Below are positions 1 through 9,305 of a stretch of 54,891 nt of DNA, one piece after another. A program made the translations under genes and the position numbers. The notes beneath the pieces were generated by a model. The model saw only the letters and a program-made list of their open reading frames with translations. It was not told the DNA's origin and searched no databases. Source of the stretch: Spirochaetales bacterium (GTDB lineage: Bacteria; Spirochaetota; GWE2-31-10); contig JBNMHA010000003.1 in NCBI GenBank assembly GCA_050872545.1, forward strand, positions 1-54,891, written 5' to 3'. Every line of letters begins with the position of its first letter. Positions within the stretch are counted from its first letter, which is position 1.

Positions 1-399
1 GCTGCCTTTTGTTGTTGTCCATTTGTGGCTTGAGTGCCCCTGCCCTTTTGTCTGCTTGTCCGCTGTTATGATTTCCATTTTTTTGCTGAAAGAATTTTCC
101 TGCGCGATTTTTCTTGCTTCTGTCATCGTGGATTCAGTTTCGGGAAAATGAAAGAAAAGCTCTTCTTCTGCACCGAATTCCCAAGGAAACAAACTGTCCT
201 TTAAGTCTTTTTCAAGAAAATATCCAGCACGCGTTGAAGAAATTCCGTAGCCAGAAAGCTGTAATGACTGAATTGCTTTCCAAACTGAAACTCTGGAAAT
301 ACCGGTGAGCTTTGCGACTTCTTCCCCGGAAACAGGGGCGTTTGCTTCTCGAAGAATTTTTAAGATTACATATTTTGTTGAAAGATTTTTGTTACCCAT
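1..399 (-). CDS. birA: BirA-family HTH repressor/biotin-protein ligase, 5' part (runs off window edge)
   Basis: Not in the ORF track. Manual translation from ATG 399: MGNKNLSTKYVILKILREANAPVSGEEVAKLTGISRVSVWKAIQSLQLSGYGI (BirA wHTH)...FHFPETESTMTEARK...IITADKQTKGQGHSSHKWTTTKGS (ligase STN- and QxxG-like motifs). Frame is open to base 1. Confidence 0.88.
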   Translation of the reverse strand, partial: MGNKNLSTKYVILKILREANAPVSGEEVAKLTGISRVSVWKAIQSLQLSGYGISSTRAGYFLEKDLKDSLFPWEFGAEEELFFHFPETESTMTEARKIAQENSFSKKMEIITADKQTKGQGHSSHKWTTTKGS

Positions 400-575
400 T
401 TATATTTATAGGTTAACAAAAAATTATTGCAACGGTCAAGAGATTTGCTACTGCGAATATTTTGCTTGAAACCTTAGTGAAAATAAAAATCCTTGTTATC
501 GGAATTAAAACTAAATCAGTAATTGTTTATATGTGGTATTATCATATACGTAAAATTTTTACTACGGATAAGATA

Positions 576-1658
576 ATGCATGAAATAAAAAAAAGAAATA
601 TGCTCCAATTAGCGGAATATCAAAAAGAACTTAGATTACATCCTCAGTTGACATATTTATTTTTTGAATTGACAGATTGTTGCAACCTTAATTGTTTACA
701 TTGTGGCAGTGGCTGTTCTGCAAAAAATAGGAAGTACCAAGATTTCAAGCTTATAAAAAAAACATTAGAAGAAGTTGCTTCAAAATATGACCCAACAAAA
801 ATTATGATATGCACATCTGGCGGAGAACCGCTTCTTTATCCGAAATTGTCGGAGGTAATATCTCTTGCTCATAGTTTGCATTTTAGAAATGGAATAACAT
901 CAAATGGGATTTTAATCACTGAACAAAAAGCGTATGAATTAATAAAAGCCGGATTGAATACAGCTGCAATTAGTATTGATGGCTTAATGGATAGTCATGA
1001 GCAGCTTCGTAATACAAAAGGGTGCTTTAATAAGGCATTAGAAGGTGTTTATAATTTAAGAAAATTTGGAATTGCACCTCAGGCAGTTTCGGTAATTCAT
1101 AAAAATAATATTCATGAACTTCAAGATATTTATAACTTTTTATCCAGTGAAAATTTTACTTCTTGGAGACTTGTTAATATAGAACCAATTGGTCGAACAA
1201 ATGAAAATAAACAATTATTGTTATCTGCAAATGAACTGAAAACGATGTTGCAGTTTATTCAAAAAAAGCGTTTTGATTCGAAAAATTCAATGGATGTTAC
1301 ATTTGGGTGTTCTCATTTTTTAACGTATGAATTTGAACATAATGTCAGAGACTTTTATTTTCAATGCGGAGCTGGAACAAAAGTTGCAAGCATTCTTGTA
1401 AACGGAGATATTGCAGCTTGCCTTGATATTGAACGTAGAGCCGAACTGATTCAAGGTAATGTAAGTAAAGACAGTTTTATTGATGTTTGGGAAAATAAGT
1501 TTGAGATATTTAGGAATGACAGGACAATAAACAGCAGAAACTGCGGTAATTGTGAATATAGAACTGTTTGTCAGGGTGATTCTATGCATACCTGGAATTT
1601 CGAAAATCAGGAACCTAATTATTGCTTTGTTAAATTAATGGAGGAAGAAAATTTATAA
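576..1658 (+). CDS. Radical SAM/SPASM-domain enzyme (putative peptide/protein maturase, splicease-like)
   Basis: CNLNCLHC (CxxxCxxC), SGGEPLL, ISIDG; SPASM cysteines CGAG...GDIAAC...CGNCEYRTVC...C. Start moved from TTG 462 to ATG 576; ATG 600 is also possible. Confidence 0.92.
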   Translation: MHEIKKRNMLQLAEYQKELRLHPQLTYLFFELTDCCNLNCLHCGSGCSAKNRKYQDFKLIKKTLEEVASKYDPTKIMICTSGGEPLLYPKLSEVISLAHSLHFRNGITSNGILITEQKAYELIKAGLNTAAISIDGLMDSHEQLRNTKGCFNKALEGVYNLRKFGIAPQAVSVIHKNNIHELQDIYNFLSSENFTSWRLVNIEPIGRTNENKQLLLSANELKTMLQFIQKKRFDSKNSMDVTFGCSHFLTYEFEHNVRDFYFQCGAGTKVASILVNGDIAACLDIERRAELIQGNVSKDSFIDVWENKFEIFRNDRTINSRNCGNCEYRTVCQGDSMHTWNFENQEPNYCFVKLMEEENL

Positions 1659-2386
1659 TGGATGCTAAGACTTTATTGGATATAATGAATGGTAAAACGG
1701 TTTATTCTACAGATTACAAAGGAAGATGTGGTAATTGTCATGAACTTTTGCGTGATGATGCAAAATATTGCCAATTTTGCGGAACTAAAAAGGGAGAAGG
1801 CGAATTTAAGCCATACGAAAATTCAATATATGTAGTTTATGGACCACCGATAAATGAAACTTATTTTTGCATTAAATGTAATAAAGCTTGGATTAATGAA
1901 TATGTGAATGCAAGCCCTGAATATTGTCCTTATTGCAGCTCAAAAGTTTCTTGTCTAGTAGGAAGACAAATTGGCGATTCACCCTGTTCAGATTTATATG
2001 ATCCTGATCTTTTGGAATCCATAAAACTCAACAATTGGAAACCGTTATTGTCAGAAGCAGAAATAAATAGAGTTCTTGGACTTCGCTACAATAAAGAAAT
2101 TGATCCACTCCGAGTTTCTGCAGCATATAATAAATGTAAACATTTTAGTAATGCAAGAAGCAGAGACAGAGCATACCTTAAACTTTTTATTTTCTTTGAT
2201 GTTAAAGGAAAAAATACTCTTGGATTAAATAGTAAATCATGTCCTATCTGCAAAAATAACATTTTAGCACGCGCTGTTAAAAGTAAAGAAGATGTGGTGA
2301 ATTGCCTTTATTATATTGATGATTACGAAATTGAATTTAAGTATAGATGTTTAGCATGTGGAGCCAAATTTAATGATGAAAGATAA
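1658..2386 (+). CDS. Cys-rich multi-zinc-ribbon protein with VYGPP motif
   Basis: Six CxxC motifs (CGNC, CQFC, CIKC, CPYC, CPIC, CLAC), about three Zn ribbons. TAATG stop/start overlap with the rSAM gene. Confidence 0.8.
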   Translation: MDAKTLLDIMNGKTVYSTDYKGRCGNCHELLRDDAKYCQFCGTKKGEGEFKPYENSIYVVYGPPINETYFCIKCNKAWINEYVNASPEYCPYCSSKVSCLVGRQIGDSPCSDLYDPDLLESIKLNNWKPLLSEAEINRVLGLRYNKEIDPLRVSAAYNKCKHFSNARSRDRAYLKLFIFFDVKGKNTLGLNSKSCPICKNNILARAVKSKEDVVNCLYYIDDYEIEFKYRCLACGAKFNDER

Positions 2387-2525
2387 ATTATTATTGAAAA
2401 AGAGGAACTACTTTATGGAAAGAAAATCACTGGTGTGAATTCACATGCGAACCGGTCATCTTTGTAAAATGAGTGGTAACTTGTATTCATAATTTTGCTT
2501 AAGAAAAATAAACACAAATTAACTT

Positions 2526-5500
2526 TCATTCCTCATATTTCTTGAAATTTTCTGCCTGATCAAAAACTTCCTTAAAGACTTCTTCGCGAGGAACCGGAGG
2601 ATAGCCGTTTTCATCAAGCAGAATCCGCAAATCTGCCTTCATTTCAGCCTTTACATCCAACCGCTGATTCCAGTCCGTATATTTTACATTTTGGGCGACA
2701 AGAATCTTAACTTTTTTGGCAAGCTCAATCATCTTCATTTTTGGATACTGGTCTTCAAAATTAAATCGTTTGGCGCAGCTTACAAGAATGTCATAAAACG
2801 CTTTTTCTTCAAAATCAATTCCCATAGCCTCAAAGGATTTTTTGTCTTCCATCATATCAGCAAAAAGCTGATTCAATTGTTCTGCAACATCATCAAGAAC
2901 CTTGCTTGCAAAATCTCCGTCATTGAAACGATTGTTGTAAGCGATAATCAAATTGTTCAAGCGTTCAGAAAATTCCGTCGCCTTTATTTTGTTCGTTTTC
3001 TTATATTCACCGATTGCCTGCCTTAAAAGCTGCTCAAGTATTTTGATTTTTGTATTTGGGAGCAGAAGCCTGTTAATTTTTTCAAGATATTCATAACTGA
3101 ATAAATCAAAGTTTACATTTCTTCCGACCTGAAAAAGTTCCTCCACACCGTCAGATTTTATCGCTTCCTGAATCAGTTTTGAAACGTGGCTATTCATCGT
3201 GGCAATATCAGGGGCATCGCCTTTTGTAAGTTTAAAAAGAATCGCACGGACTGCAATATAAAAATTAATCTGATTTTTTTCATCATCGGAAAATGATTCG
3301 CTTGTAGAGCAAAGGTCAAACGCCTTTTTCATTTTGCACGCGGCTTCCATAAAACGTTTTTCCAACTCTTCGTTAAACTGAACATACTCAACAGCCCTGT
3401 TCAAGGTTTCAAGCTGCTGAAACGGAGTTCCATTATAATACAACGACGCGTCAAACTTGTTGAACATTGCATTAACAACGCTCAATTGGTCTTTCACAAT
3501 TACAACAGCTTTTTCAGAATCTTCAAATTCTTCCTGTTCTCCGTCAGTATATTTTTTAAGAGCTTCATTCATTGCCTTTTTGATTCCGATGTAATCGACA
3601 ACGAGTCCTTTCTCTTTTCCTTTGTAAGTTCTGTTTACGCGGCTGATTGTCTGAATCAATGTATGTTTTTGAATCGGTTTAAAAATATAGATAGTATCAA
3701 GTGAAGGAACATCAAAACCTGTAAGCCACATATCGCAGACAATTGCAATCTTAAAATTAGATTTTTCATTTTTGAACTGGCGGTCAAGCTCTTTGCGGTA
3801 TTCGTGATTTCCAAGAAGCTCAAAAAGTCCTTTTGTGTCTTTCGCCTTGTTCTCGGTCATCACCATTTTGACTTTTTCAATTGGTTTTAGTTCCTTTTTT
3901 TCTTTTTCAGAAATGAGCACATCATCTGAGCAAAGTCTTTTTTCATTCCATCGCGGACGCAGGCGAATAATTTCTTTCCATAAATCAAAAACAACTTCGC
4001 GGGAAGAACAGACAAACATTGCCTTTCCAAGGACAGTGGCACCTTCACGAACGCGGGTTTCATAATGATTTATAAAATCCTCAGCAACGGCTTTTATAAC
4101 ATCAGGGTCGCGCAAAATCGCCTCAAGATTCGTAACAGCCTTTTTGCTCTGCTCAATCTGATTTTCATTTGCCCCGTCTTCTGCACACTGCGCATAATAA
4201 TTTTCAATTTCAAGAATTTTTTTATAATCAAGAAAAACTTTTGTTGCCCGTCCTTCATAAACAAGATTCGCAGTAATTCCATCGGCAACAGACTCTTTCA
4301 TTGTGTAAGTGTCTACAATTTCGCCAAAAACTTTTTCCATTTCATCAATCGGAGTTCCTGTAAAACCGACATAAGTTGCATTTGGAAAAGAATCATGCAG
4401 ATATTTTGCAAAACCGAATTTGTGCTCAACAATTCCCTTTTCATCATTCAGCACAAGTTTCTCATCAAGATTGTTTTGCGAACGGTGGGCTTCGTCGCTT
4501 ATGCAGATAATGTTTGAGCGGTCAGAAAGAAGTTTTATGTCCTCGCTGAATTTCTGAATTGTCGTAAGATAAACACCACCGCTCTGACGATCACGAAGTT
4601 TTTTGCCAAGTTCGGAACGGCTTTCTATTGTTTCAATATTCTGGTCGCCGATATAATTTTTTGATTTAAGAAAAAGACTTCCAAGCTGGTCATCCAAATC
4701 AGTTCTGTCGGTAATAACAATGATGGTCGGACTTTTGAGCGAAGTTGATTTCATCAATAGCCGGCACAAGAAAACCATGGTATAACTTTTGCCGCATCCT
4801 GTAGCACCAAAATAGATTCCGCCCTTGCCGCTGCCATTCGGTTTTATGGAAGATTTTATGCTTTCAAAAAGTTTTGTTGCCGCAAAAAACTGAGGATAAC
4901 GGCAGACGATTTTTGTTTCCTTGTCGCCTGAATCTGGAAAATACAAAAAATCTTTTATAACCGCAAGAAGCCGTTCCGGTCTGAAACATCCGTTAATCAT
5001 TGTGATTAAGGAACTTATTCCGTCAACTTCCTTGTCTGTGCTTTCAACTTTGCGCCAGGCATAAAAATATTCATAAGGCGAAAAAATCGAGCCCATCTTG
5101 GAATTTGCGCCGTCGGAAATCACTACAAAAGCGTTGTACTTAAAAAGTTCCGGAATATCGCGGCGGTAGCGCACGGCAAGCTGCTTGTATGCATCCTCAA
5201 TCGTAGTGTTTTCCCTGATTGCAGACTTGAACTCCAGGACAACAAGCGGAATTCCGTTCACGTAAACAATGCCGTCCGGAATACGAAGCTGTTCCCTGCC
5301 CTGTACTTCAAGCTGATTCACAATCTGAAAAATATTGTTTTCAGGATTTTCAAAATCAATCAGATTTATAAAAAGGTCTTTTTTAGCAGAATCATCGCGG
5401 CGGATTGTAAACCCATTGCAGATAAAATCAAGAATCCGCCTGTTTTCATCATAGAAATCCGAAGAGACATTTTTGATTTTATTCACAGCTGCTGAGATTT

Positions 5501-5675
5501 CGCTTTGAGTAATATTCTGGTCTGAATACCGAAACAAAAGAAAATTGCGAAGAACATCGGTCAAAAGAACTTCCGTTTTGTCGTGGTGAATCTCGCTGCC
5601 GGTAAGGTGCGCATATCCCGCATTTTCAAACAGCTCAATGATGGAAAGTTCCAATGCGTGCTCGTTGAATTGCAT
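2526..5675 (-). CDS. hsdR: Type I restriction enzyme R subunit
   Basis: PDGIVYVNGIPLVVLEFK nuclease motif, GATGCGKS Walker A, DEAHRSQ, GFTGTP, MWLTGFDVP, QTISRVNR; 1049 aa. Confidence 0.97.
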   Translation of the reverse strand: MQFNEHALELSIIELFENAGYAHLTGSEIHHDKTEVLLTDVLRNFLLFRYSDQNITQSEISAAVNKIKNVSSDFYDENRRILDFICNGFTIRRDDSAKKDLFINLIDFENPENNIFQIVNQLEVQGREQLRIPDGIVYVNGIPLVVLEFKSAIRENTTIEDAYKQLAVRYRRDIPELFKYNAFVVISDGANSKMGSIFSPYEYFYAWRKVESTDKEVDGISSLITMINGCFRPERLLAVIKDFLYFPDSGDKETKIVCRYPQFFAATKLFESIKSSIKPNGSGKGGIYFGATGCGKSYTMVFLCRLLMKSTSLKSPTIIVITDRTDLDDQLGSLFLKSKNYIGDQNIETIESRSELGKKLRDRQSGGVYLTTIQKFSEDIKLLSDRSNIICISDEAHRSQNNLDEKLVLNDEKGIVEHKFGFAKYLHDSFPNATYVGFTGTPIDEMEKVFGEIVDTYTMKESVADGITANLVYEGRATKVFLDYKKILEIENYYAQCAEDGANENQIEQSKKAVTNLEAILRDPDVIKAVAEDFINHYETRVREGATVLGKAMFVCSSREVVFDLWKEIIRLRPRWNEKRLCSDDVLISEKEKKELKPIEKVKMVMTENKAKDTKGLFELLGNHEYRKELDRQFKNEKSNFKIAIVCDMWLTGFDVPSLDTIYIFKPIQKHTLIQTISRVNRTYKGKEKGLVVDYIGIKKAMNEALKKYTDGEQEEFEDSEKAVVIVKDQLSVVNAMFNKFDASLYYNGTPFQQLETLNRAVEYVQFNEELEKRFMEAACKMKKAFDLCSTSESFSDDEKNQINFYIAVRAILFKLTKGDAPDIATMNSHVSKLIQEAIKSDGVEELFQVGRNVNFDLFSYEYLEKINRLLLPNTKIKILEQLLRQAIGEYKKTNKIKATEFSERLNNLIIAYNNRFNDGDFASKVLDDVAEQLNQLFADMMEDKKSFEAMGIDFEEKAFYDILVSCAKRFNFEDQYPKMKMIELAKKVKILVAQNVKYTDWNQRLDVKAEMKADLRILLDENGYPPVPREEVFKEVFDQAENFKKYEE

Positions 5676-5677
5676 AT

Positions 5678-6823
5678 TCAGACCTCCGAAATAAATTCAA
5701 GATAATTGTCTTTTGTAACTACAGAAAAAGGAATTTCAGGATAACTATTTGAGAATGTCAACGGACATTTTACATTTGCCTTTTTAGAATTGTACTTAAA
5801 CTCATAAGCAGAAAATTTTCCGTCAATTTCTTCTATGAAGTCAATTTCCTGTTTTTGTGTTGTACGCCAAAAATAGTATTTCGCTTTTCTATTATGGAAG
5901 GCATTATTTTTTACACGTTCACTTATCAAAAAATTTTCCCAAATCATGCCAATATCAGAACGCAAATCGCAGGGAGAAAAATTTGAGATAACAGCATTTC
6001 TAACACCGTTATCATAAAAATAAATCTTTATGCTTTTTTTTAGCTCATTTCGAACATTACGGCTGTATGAATGAAGATGAAAAACAACATAAGCCTTTTC
6101 AAGCAAATCCACATATTTTTGAACAGTAAGAGTATCAATTCCTAAAAGATTTCCAAGCTCATTGAATGAAACTTCACTTCCAACTTGCAAAGCAAGGGCT
6201 TGAACCAGTTTTTCAATTACAGCCGGCTTCCTAATATCTTGAAATTCAAAAACATCCTTATAAAGATAGCTTGAAACAATATTAGAAAGAATTTCTTTTT
6301 CTTCACCGGGATTATTTACAACATCAGGATAAAAACCATAGACGAGTCTATTTTCAAGCCGTTTCATTTCATCAAGCATATTTGAATTTGAAACAAGTTC
6401 ATTTGTCGAAAAAGGAAAAAGATTATATTCAAACTTTCGCCCGGTCAAAGGCTCATTTATGGTATTTGACAAATCAAGTGCAGAAGAGCCGGTTACAGCA
6501 ATCTGAACTTCCGGAAAGTTATCATGCAGGATTTTAAGCTTAAGCCCAATATTCTGAACACGCTGAGCTTCGTCAATAACAATAAATTTCGAATTTCCTA
6601 TAAGTAACTTGAACCTAGCGGAAGATTCTTCTGATAAGATTTTTCTAACTTCAACTTCGTCACAATTCCAATACTGAACAAAATTGTTTTCAAAATTTTC
6701 AGAAAGGATTTTTCTTAACAGAGTAGTTTTTCCTACCTGCCGTGGACCAATCAGAATTAAAACCTTGCCGCTCCCTATTTTTCCCTCAAGAATTTTCTGC
6801 AAATCACGCTTGATTTCTTTCAT
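5678..6823 (-). CDS. AAA_14/DUF4143 family ATP-binding protein
   Basis: GPRQVGKTT, IDEAQR, TGSS, LTGRK, wHTH-like middle region, C-terminal YFWRT..QEIDF..YEFK. Start set to ATG 6823. Confidence 0.92.
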   Translation of the reverse strand: MKEIKRDLQKILEGKIGSGKVLILIGPRQVGKTTLLRKILSENFENNFVQYWNCDEVEVRKILSEESSARFKLLIGNSKFIVIDEAQRVQNIGLKLKILHDNFPEVQIAVTGSSALDLSNTINEPLTGRKFEYNLFPFSTNELVSNSNMLDEMKRLENRLVYGFYPDVVNNPGEEKEILSNIVSSYLYKDVFEFQDIRKPAVIEKLVQALALQVGSEVSFNELGNLLGIDTLTVQKYVDLLEKAYVVFHLHSYSRNVRNELKKSIKIYFYDNGVRNAVISNFSPCDLRSDIGMIWENFLISERVKNNAFHNRKAKYYFWRTTQKQEIDFIEEIDGKFSAYEFKYNSKKANVKCPLTFSNSYPEIPFSVVTKDNYLEFISEV

Positions 6824-6830
6824 ATCAAAG

Positions 6831-6859
6831 ATTATACGACAAGCAATCAGCCTAATCAA
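6831..6859 (-). promoter_or_regulatory. Sigma70-like promoter for DUF4143 ATPase-hsdR, probably leaderless
   Basis: Minus strand TTGATT (6859-6854), 17-bp spacer, TATAAT (6836-6831), then 7 nt to ATG 6823 with no SD. Confidence 0.7.
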
Positions 6860-6915
6860 CAAAAATTATAATATTTATTGATTATAATCGAAAATTATTA
6901 TAATTTTTGTTGATT
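6854..6915. promoter_or_regulatory. 62-bp near-perfect palindrome with three ATTATAAT boxes (putative operator)
   Basis: Perfect 19-bp arms AATCAACAAAAATTATAAT / ATTATAATTTTTGTTGATT around central GATTATAATC; ATTATAAT at 6865, 6881, 6897. Confidence 0.65.
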
Positions 6916-6947
6916 TCGTATTAAAAATTATCTTTCCACTGCTTTGA

Positions 6948-6987
6948 AATCTGCGAAACGAGAAGTTGTTTTAGTTATTCAAGTTTT
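6948..6987 (-). repeat. Direct repeat copy 1 (duplicated hsdS 3' end, pseudo-fragment)
   Basis: 39/40 identical to 10551-10590. Translates KLE*LKQLLVSQI versus HsdS KLEQLKQLLVSQI. Confidence 0.93.
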
Positions 6988-7053
6988 CCGCGACTCTGTA
7001 TTGTGAGTTCAAATACCACTCGAAACACTAGGCTACAATTTTCTTGCAATTTA

Positions 7054-9305
7054 TTACTGTTTCTGACGAACTTGAGACTTAACTTCAAGATTATTTGTTA
7101 CAAAACTTTTTTCTCTAAGTTCATTTACCATATCTGTATAGATATCTTTTCCTTTTGGATCTCTTATTGTTAACACTAATATAAACTCTTGTTCTGGCAA
7201 ACCCACATCATATCTTGTCAATCTACTAATCTCTAACTTCCAATAATTCCCTTCTTGAATCCCATGTTTCAAATTATGATAATAAGCTTTTATAGATGAC
7301 CATTTTGAACCATTTTTCACTCTTTCTTTTTCAAAAGCAAATTCATTTCCTTTTTCAAGTTCAACTTTTGAACTATATTTTTTACCAGAATAAACAGGTC
7401 CAAAACTTACATCCACATTTGACCTACAATAGCTAACTCCATAATTTTTATCAAGTAAAGGGGAATATACCAAAGTCATAAATATCTCACCATGATATTT
7501 TCCATCATAAATGAGTGATTTTGGGAAAGGAAAATCTAACATTTCCAACATTTTGCCTTGCTTTATTCCCTGTTTAAAAACAATTGTGATTTCATCTGAA
7601 CTTGTTCGTAATATATCCTGCGGATCATCAGGTGCCATTCCATATCCAGTATATAATCTTTGTTTTTTTTCAATTAAAGACTTTGAATTAATTCTGGCTG
7701 AATGAATAAGCAATGCTTTTGCCAATAATAAATCTTTTTCAACCAGTTCATCATAAACACATGAATATTTATATAATGCCCTTGGAGTTGCAAAACTTGT
7801 TCCAATATTTTCGACTATTTTATTATCTGGTGTCATACCAAATATACCTAGATTTCTTGATTTTTTAAATTCATTATAATTTCCACCATAATCAACAAGT
7901 TCTGGTTTAATCATATAACCAACACCAGGTCCTCGGCGTGAAAAAGGAGATGGTTCATTCTTTTTTGAATAAGAGTCATCCGAATCTTTTAACGCAAGAG
8001 AACCAACTGTGATAGCCCGAACAGAATCTGCTGGTGAAATAATCCTATCAGAATCATCATCTTTATATGCAAAAGGCCAGTTTTCATTTCTAATTACATT
8101 TCCTGCCGATACAAAAAATTGAACATTATACTTATCTTGCATAATATCTAGAAATTCACCAAAATCAGAAATCTCTCCATTACATATACAATCTGGTAAG
8201 CCTACAGAAAGATTCCAAATCTTAACAACTCCACTATACTGTTTCATGCATTCTTCAATTATATCCATCAAATCATCTTCTGAAATTGAATCTGTATACC
8301 CCACGGCAGGTTCATTGTTAGACAATGCTTCTATATCTAATAATTTAAATCTTTTTGGCTTTGTTTCTGATATATTATTCAAATAATTCCCATATAATAT
8401 TGTCGATGCGATAAATGCACCATGTTGATGATTTTGATAATCAACACCAACATAACTTTTTCTTTCAACAACATATTGATTCAGTGCAGAATTTTTATCT
8501 CCAATTCCACCATCAATAATTCCAATTATTGTATCAGATTCTGTATATGAAATATTATTTAATTTTCCATATCTACTATATCTAATGAAAATGATGGTAA
8601 AACATAAGTATGGAATATATCTATCGATTGAACTCCAACTATATTTGAAATTTTTTCAAGGTCCACCTTTGAATTTAGCTCAAGTTTATATAGTTTCGAT
8701 TTTTCATGTATTACTGGTTGTAATTTACCCAGCAAGTCAAGTTCTCGTAACTTTTGAAAAAAATAACGTTTCGTTTTTTCATTTATTTCATCATCACCAT
8801 AATCAAAAAGCCTTACTTTTATTGATTTTTTTAATTTCTCAAAATCATTATCATTAACACTTCTTAAAATAACAGATAATTTATCTTCTGACAAAATAGG
8901 AATAATACTATCTATTGCTGTTATATTAGCCTTTACTCCATCTTTATCAGACTTTTGAGCTATTTCTACACTTTCTTTTAATGAAGACTCTGTTACTTGA
9001 ATATAAAATTGATTAATATCTTTAGAACCAAAAATATGGTTATTTTTAAGTAACAAATCTGGAGTGTGGGATTTTGCACAAGCTTCATCTTTCATGATTA
9101 ACATGGCAACAGCAGGTATCAAGTTTTTTGTTTCTTCAAAAAAAGAAGCATAGTAATCGATAACACCTTTAAAACAATTAATAATATTATTCTGAACATT
9201 TACATTATAATCTCCAAAGAATTTCTTTGGACCACCACCAGTATGAATGGGCTTCACATCATCTTTTCTAGGTAATACAATTTTAATTGGTAAATTCTTA
9301 TTCAT
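7054..9305 (-). pseudogene. ietS: S8 subtilase, IetS-like, frameshifted near 8563-8566
   Basis: ORFs 8559..9305 and 7054..8382 are joined by a -1 frame change. The gap encodes IIGIIDGG (Asp) and HGAFIAS (His) in frame with GTSFATP (Ser). One extra A in ATGGAAAATT restores a ~750-aa protein. Start overlaps the ATPase stop. Confidence 0.85.

Noticed and set aside
114-308. 64-aa + strand ORF
   Set aside because: Antisense shadow of the birA frame on the minus strand.
2415-2438. SD-preceded micro-ORF MERKSLV* after the zinc-ribbon gene, as possible rSAM precursor
   Set aside because: Only 7 codons with no YG, Cys or aromatic motif; more likely a truncated gene start or chance.
2691-4517. Several + strand ORFs within hsdR, and similar shadows in hsdM, the kinase, U32, rpoN, argS and pyk
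   Set aside because: Antisense or alternate-frame shadows of well-supported genes, with no motifs.
8559-8660. Programmed -1 ribosomal frameshift in the subtilase
   Set aside because: No in-frame canonical slippery heptamer or obvious stimulatory structure; an indel is more parsimonious.
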